Assembly: GCA_965277285.1 (NCBI GenBank)
Contig: OZ255721.1
Span: 1,664,001-1,728,000 of the forward strand
Direction: 5' to 3'
DNA from: Abditibacteriaceae bacterium
GTDB taxonomy: Bacteria; Armatimonadota; Abditibacteriia; Abditibacteriales; Abditibacteriaceae
DNA: 64,000 nucleotides
The translations under genes were made by a program, and so were the position numbers. Shown here in pieces: positions 60,690 to 64,000 of the stretch. A model generated the notes under the pieces. That model ran no database searches and had not been told where the DNA came from. It saw nothing but the letters and a program-made list of their open reading frames with translations. Numbering within the stretch: the stretch's first letter is position 1; the number at the start of each line of letters is the position of its first letter.

Positions 60690-62789
60690 GTGAAACGATT
60701 ACGCATTTTGCATTTGGAAGACGATGCCGACGACGCGGAAATAGCGTGCGCGACTTTGCGCGACGCCGGTTTGGATGCCGACTGCAAGCGCGTCGACAAT
60801 TGGCCCGAATTTCAGCGCGAATTGCACGACGGTGGTTTCGACCTAGTTCTGGCCGATTATTCGTTGCCTACTTTCGATGGCGAGAAAGCACTGGCTTTGG
60901 CGCAACAAGTTTGCCCCAACGTGCCGTTTTTATTTTTGTCGGGCGCCATGGGCGAAGAGCGCGCTATTGAAACCCTCAAAAACGGCGCCACTGATTACAT
61001 TCTGAAGCATCGCCTGGAACGCTTGCCGAACGCGGTTCGCCGCGCCTTGGCCGAATCGCAGACGCGTATAGCACGCGCTCGAGCGCAGGAAGCCTTGCTG
61101 TTTTTGGCGGGTGCGGGCGGTATTCTGGGAACTTCGCTTGATTTTGAAACGACGCTGCAAAATTTGGCGCAACTCGCCGTGCCGTTTTTGGCCGATTTGT
61201 GCATCGTCGATGTGTTGAGCGAGGAAGACGAACAAATTATTGCTGTTGGACATCTCGTCCCATCGCGCGCCGAAAGCGTGCGCCAAATGCGTGAGCGCTA
61301 TCCTCTCGATGCGAAAAAAGATGGCGTCTCAGAAATTTTGCGCAGCGGACGTTCGCGCTTGATGCCGCGCTTCAACGAAGGACGTTTGCGTCGTTATGCG
61401 CGTGACGAAGAGCATTTGCGCTTGATGCTCGCCATGAAATTGCATTCGGTCATCGTGGTGCCATTGGAAGCGCGCGGTCGCACGCTGGGCATGATCACCT
61501 TTGCCACCACGAGCGACGGCAGCGCGCGCCGCTACGACGAACACGATCTGGCGCTCGCCGAGAATCTCGCCGGACGCGCGGCTTTAGCCGTCGATAACGC
61601 GCGCCTTTACCGCGAAACACAAGGCGCCTTGCGCGCGCGCGACGAGTTTTTGGCCACGCTGTCGCATGAATTGCGCACGCCTCTCAACGCGATGCTGGGT
61701 TGGACGCAGCTCCTGCGCTCGGGCGCGCTCGATGAAACGATGACTGGCCAGGCTTTGGAAATTATTGAGCGCAACACCAAAGCGCAAGGTCAATTGATCG
61801 AAGATTTGCTGGAAGTATCGCGCATCATCACCGGAAAATTGCGCCTTGAAGTGCGACCCGTCGAATTGAACACGGTCATTTCCGATGCTTTGGAATCGGT
61901 TCGGCTGTCGGCGGACGCCAAAGGCATCGCGCTCGAGTACGCGAAACAAAGCGATTCCACCATCTCGGGCGATGCGCATCGTTTGCAGCAAGTCGTGTGG
62001 AACTTGCTGTCGAACGCCATCAAATTCACGCCCAAAGGCGGCGAAGTTTCCGTCGTTCTGGGACGCGCCGATTCGCACGCGCGCGTTGTCGTGCGCGATA
62101 CGGGACAAGGCATCGCGCCCGATTTTTTGCCGCACGTTTTCGAGCGTTTCCGCCAGGCCGACGCATCGAGTACTCGATCTTACGGTGGTCTGGGCTTGGG
62201 TTTGGGAATTGTGCGCCATCTGGTCGAGTTGCATGGTGGAACCGTGCGCGCCGAAAGCGAAGGCGAAAATGAGGGCGCGACGTTCACCGTTTTGTTACCG
62301 CTATTGGCGCTGCAATCGACAGCGGACGAAGTCGCGTCATTGGCCGAACAACGAATGCACATCGCGCCCTCGGAACAAAATCTGCGCGAGCAAAAACTGC
62401 GTAACGTTCGCATTCTGGTGGTGGACGATCACGCGGACGCGCGACGCTTGATCGCAGCGGTGCTTCAAGGTTGCGGCGCGCAAGTCGAAGTCGCGTCGTC
62501 GGCGCGCGAAGCGTTGGACAGGTTGCAAAATGCCGATTTCGATGTGCTGGTCAGCGACATCGGAATGCCCGAAGAAGACGGCTATTCGCTAATGCGCCGC
62601 GTGCGCCAATTGGACGGTGCGCGCGGACAAATTCCGGCTCTCGCCTTGACCGCTTACGCCCGCGAAAGCGACCGCGAAAAAGCCTTGCAGTGCGGATTTC
62701 AAGGTCACGGCGTCAAACCCCTCGAACCCGCCAAACTGGTCGAATTGGTCGCGCGACTGGCGGGAAGAGATGAATTTCAAACAACTTGA
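60690..62789 (+). CDS. Hybrid sensor kinase (REC-GAF-HisKA-HATPase-REC)
   Basis: ILHLEDD, FLATLSHELRTPLNA, NLLSNAIKFT, GGLGLGL, DVLVSDIGMP; GTG start chosen. Confidence 0.93.
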   Translation: MKRLRILHLEDDADDAEIACATLRDAGLDADCKRVDNWPEFQRELHDGGFDLVLADYSLPTFDGEKALALAQQVCPNVPFLFLSGAMGEERAIETLKNGATDYILKHRLERLPNAVRRALAESQTRIARARAQEALLFLAGAGGILGTSLDFETTLQNLAQLAVPFLADLCIVDVLSEEDEQIIAVGHLVPSRAESVRQMRERYPLDAKKDGVSEILRSGRSRLMPRFNEGRLRRYARDEEHLRLMLAMKLHSVIVVPLEARGRTLGMITFATTSDGSARRYDEHDLALAENLAGRAALAVDNARLYRETQGALRARDEFLATLSHELRTPLNAMLGWTQLLRSGALDETMTGQALEIIERNTKAQGQLIEDLLEVSRIITGKLRLEVRPVELNTVISDALESVRLSADAKGIALEYAKQSDSTISGDAHRLQQVVWNLLSNAIKFTPKGGEVSVVLGRADSHARVVVRDTGQGIAPDFLPHVFERFRQADASSTRSYGGLGLGLGIVRHLVELHGGTVRAESEGENEGATFTVLLPLLALQSTADEVASLAEQRMHIAPSEQNLREQKLRNVRILVVDDHADARRLIAAVLQGCGAQVEVASSAREALDRLQNADFDVLVSDIGMPEEDGYSLMRRVRQLDGARGQIPALALTAYARESDREKALQCGFQGHGVKPLEPAKLVELVARLAGRDEFQTT

Positions 62790-62821
62790 ACTTAGTCGCT
62801 GCACCAGAAGCAATCGAGTAC

Positions 62822-63262
62822 TCAACGCTCACTGGCTTTCATGGAGCGGACGGCTGCCGAGAGTTTGTCAATCTCATTAAATGGGAACTCTTTGCCGATA
62901 AGATCCTTCAATTCTTCTTCGGGATAACGCGACCGCAAGCCTTGCAACGCCCGCCAGAAGGGGAGACAAACTTCCTCATAGGTTCCTCTGAGAACAAGTT
63001 GGTTGCGTTCGTCATAGTGAACACGAAGTTTTATATTTTCCATGTCGCGTTCAAATATCAACTCCAGTGGATCCGGTTGATATTGCCAAACGCAAATAAA
63101 TGTGCCACGTTGCGACATTGCGGCGTGCAAAGCCAAAGTCAATTTCCAAAAACCTTCGCCAAACGTCGTGATGATGCACGAAAGCTGTTGCGTAGAAGTC
63201 GCAATTGTGATGTCAATTGACCTGTTGGACGGCTCACCAAATTGCACTTTGAGTTTGCTCAT
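62822..63262 (-). CDS. Hypothetical protein
   Basis: 146-aa ORF, somewhat AT-rich. Confidence 0.6.
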   Translation of the reverse strand: MSKLKVQFGEPSNRSIDITIATSTQQLSCIITTFGEGFWKLTLALHAAMSQRGTFICVWQYQPDPLELIFERDMENIKLRVHYDERNQLVLRGTYEEVCLPFWRALQGLRSRYPEEELKDLIGKEFPFNEIDKLSAAVRSMKASER

Positions 63263-63345
63263 GCCGGTAGTTTACAAGGAAGAATCGAGTACTCGATGCG
63301 CGCACTTTGCTACAATGCAACCTGATCCCAAATTTGGAGAACGAA

Positions 63346-64000
63346 ATGGCAGCGAACGAAAAAATACGCGTCGGAATTATCGGCGCGGGCATTGGCGCGA
63401 ATCATATCAAAGGTTTCAAAGCCGTCAAAGAAGCCGAAATCGTCGGTTTGTGCGACCTCAACACCGAGCGCGCGCAGAAAACCGCCGAAGCGCAAGGTTT
63501 GAAAATCCCGATTTACGGCGACTTCCACGAAATGCTGGACAAAGTCGACGCGGTTTCGATTGGCGTCCCGAACACTCTGCACCGCGATGTTGCAGTCGCT
63601 TGCATGGACGCTGGCAAGCACGTTTTATGCGAAAAACCGCTGGCGATGAACGTCGGGGAAGCGCAGGACATCGCGGACGCAGCCAGTCGCAACAACGTGA
63701 AATGTATGGTTGGTCAAGTGATGCGTTTTCGTCCCGATTCGCAGTTCATCAAGCATCGAGTACTCGATGGCGACTTGGGCAAGGTTTATTACGCGCGCAG
63801 CGGAATGCTTCGCAAGCGCGGCATTCCGGGTTACGGCGGCTGGTTCACCACCAAAGCGATGAGCGGCGGCGGCCCTTTGATCGACATCGGCGTGCATATG
63901 CTCGATCTCGCGTGGTGGCTGTGCGGCTGCCCGAAACCCCTCACCGTCAGCGGTTCGACTTTCGCCGAGTTCGGGCCAAAAGGCAAAGGTCTGGGCAACT
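63346..64000 (+). CDS. Gfo/Idh/MocA oxidoreductase (3' truncated, not in ORF track)
   Basis: Manual translation MAANEKIRVGIIGAGIGANH..., HVLCEKP, GGGPLIDIGVHMLD; GGAG RBS. Confidence 0.92.
   Translation, partial: MAANEKIRVGIIGAGIGANHIKGFKAVKEAEIVGLCDLNTERAQKTAEAQGLKIPIYGDFHEMLDKVDAVSIGVPNTLHRDVAVACMDAGKHVLCEKPLAMNVGEAQDIADAASRNNVKCMVGQVMRFRPDSQFIKHRVLDGDLGKVYYARSGMLRKRGIPGYGGWFTTKAMSGGGPLIDIGVHMLDLAWWLCGCPKPLTVSGSTFAEFGPKGKGLGN

Larger units (their letters stand above)
964..63767. repeat. Highly iterated palindrome WTCGAGTACTCGAW, about 56 exact dispersed copies
   Basis: Exact 12-mer starts: 964, 5650, 6555, 7454, 8167, 9687, 10628, 11323, 13261, 13652, 14220, 15929, 16714, 17495, 18919, 21766, 22964, 24006, 24703, 25649, 27173, 28750, 33347, 34231, 34984, 37798, 38271, 39506, 40161, 40820, 42195, 42998, 44444, 46449, 47181, 47932, 48342, 49915, 50872, 50888, 51405, 52483, 52815, 53603, 54559, 55713, 56469, 57170, 57633, 58613, 59524, 59823, 60600, 62166, 63285, 63756. 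Confidence 0.98.

Noticed and set aside
11939..62825. CpG-type transitions among palindrome variants as proof of m5C methylation
   Set aside because: Only about 5 of 16 variants fit and transitions are common anyway; sample too small
964..63767. Palindrome as a cloning linker, adapter or assembly artefact
   Set aside because: Copies keep reading frames, encode conserved residues (RsmA VLEIGPG, kinase ADASSTR), avoid r-protein CDSs and have natural one-mismatch variants
964..63767. Palindrome as a CRISPR repeat or integron attC array
   Set aside because: Only 12-14 bp, spaced about 0.9 kb apart and often inside housekeeping genes; no cas or integrase gene; no attC core-site structure
964..63767. 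Palindrome as an ordinary transcription-factor operator
   Set aside because: Too dense and too invariant, and found within CDSs and between convergent genes regardless of function

Overview
GC-rich bacterial chromosomal window. Protein style suggests an Armatimonadota/Abditibacteriota-like lineage, but this is an unverified inference. Contents: two-component signalling genes, rsmA-ispE, rodA, an ArsR/thioredoxin/SDR redox cluster, a MoxR-DUF4350-DUF4129 cluster, a Fic pseudogene, a MerR-vWA pair, the tuf-S10-spc-alpha-truA-rplM-rpsI ribosomal super-operon on the minus strand (with a transaldolase and a membrane-protein gene inserted), trpS, a threonine aldolase and sugar-metabolism genes. The dominant unexplained signal is a perfect palindrome, TCGAGTACTCGA (14-bp consensus WTCGAGTACTCGAW). 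I counted by eye about 56 exact and 16 one-mismatch copies, against about 0.004 expected by chance. Copies are unusually evenly spaced (about 0.9 kb) and occur in all three reading frames of genes, at many ribosomal-operon junctions and in the loops of unrelated hairpin repeats. This looks like a HIP1-analogous chromosome-marking system with a motif I do not recognise. Also seen: several REP/MITE-like families, two candidate stand-alone structured RNAs, a 143-nt rpsE/rpmD overlap, an ATA start codon and a leaderless MerR gene. No tRNA, rRNA, CRISPR array or transposase was seen. All counts and coordinates are manual.
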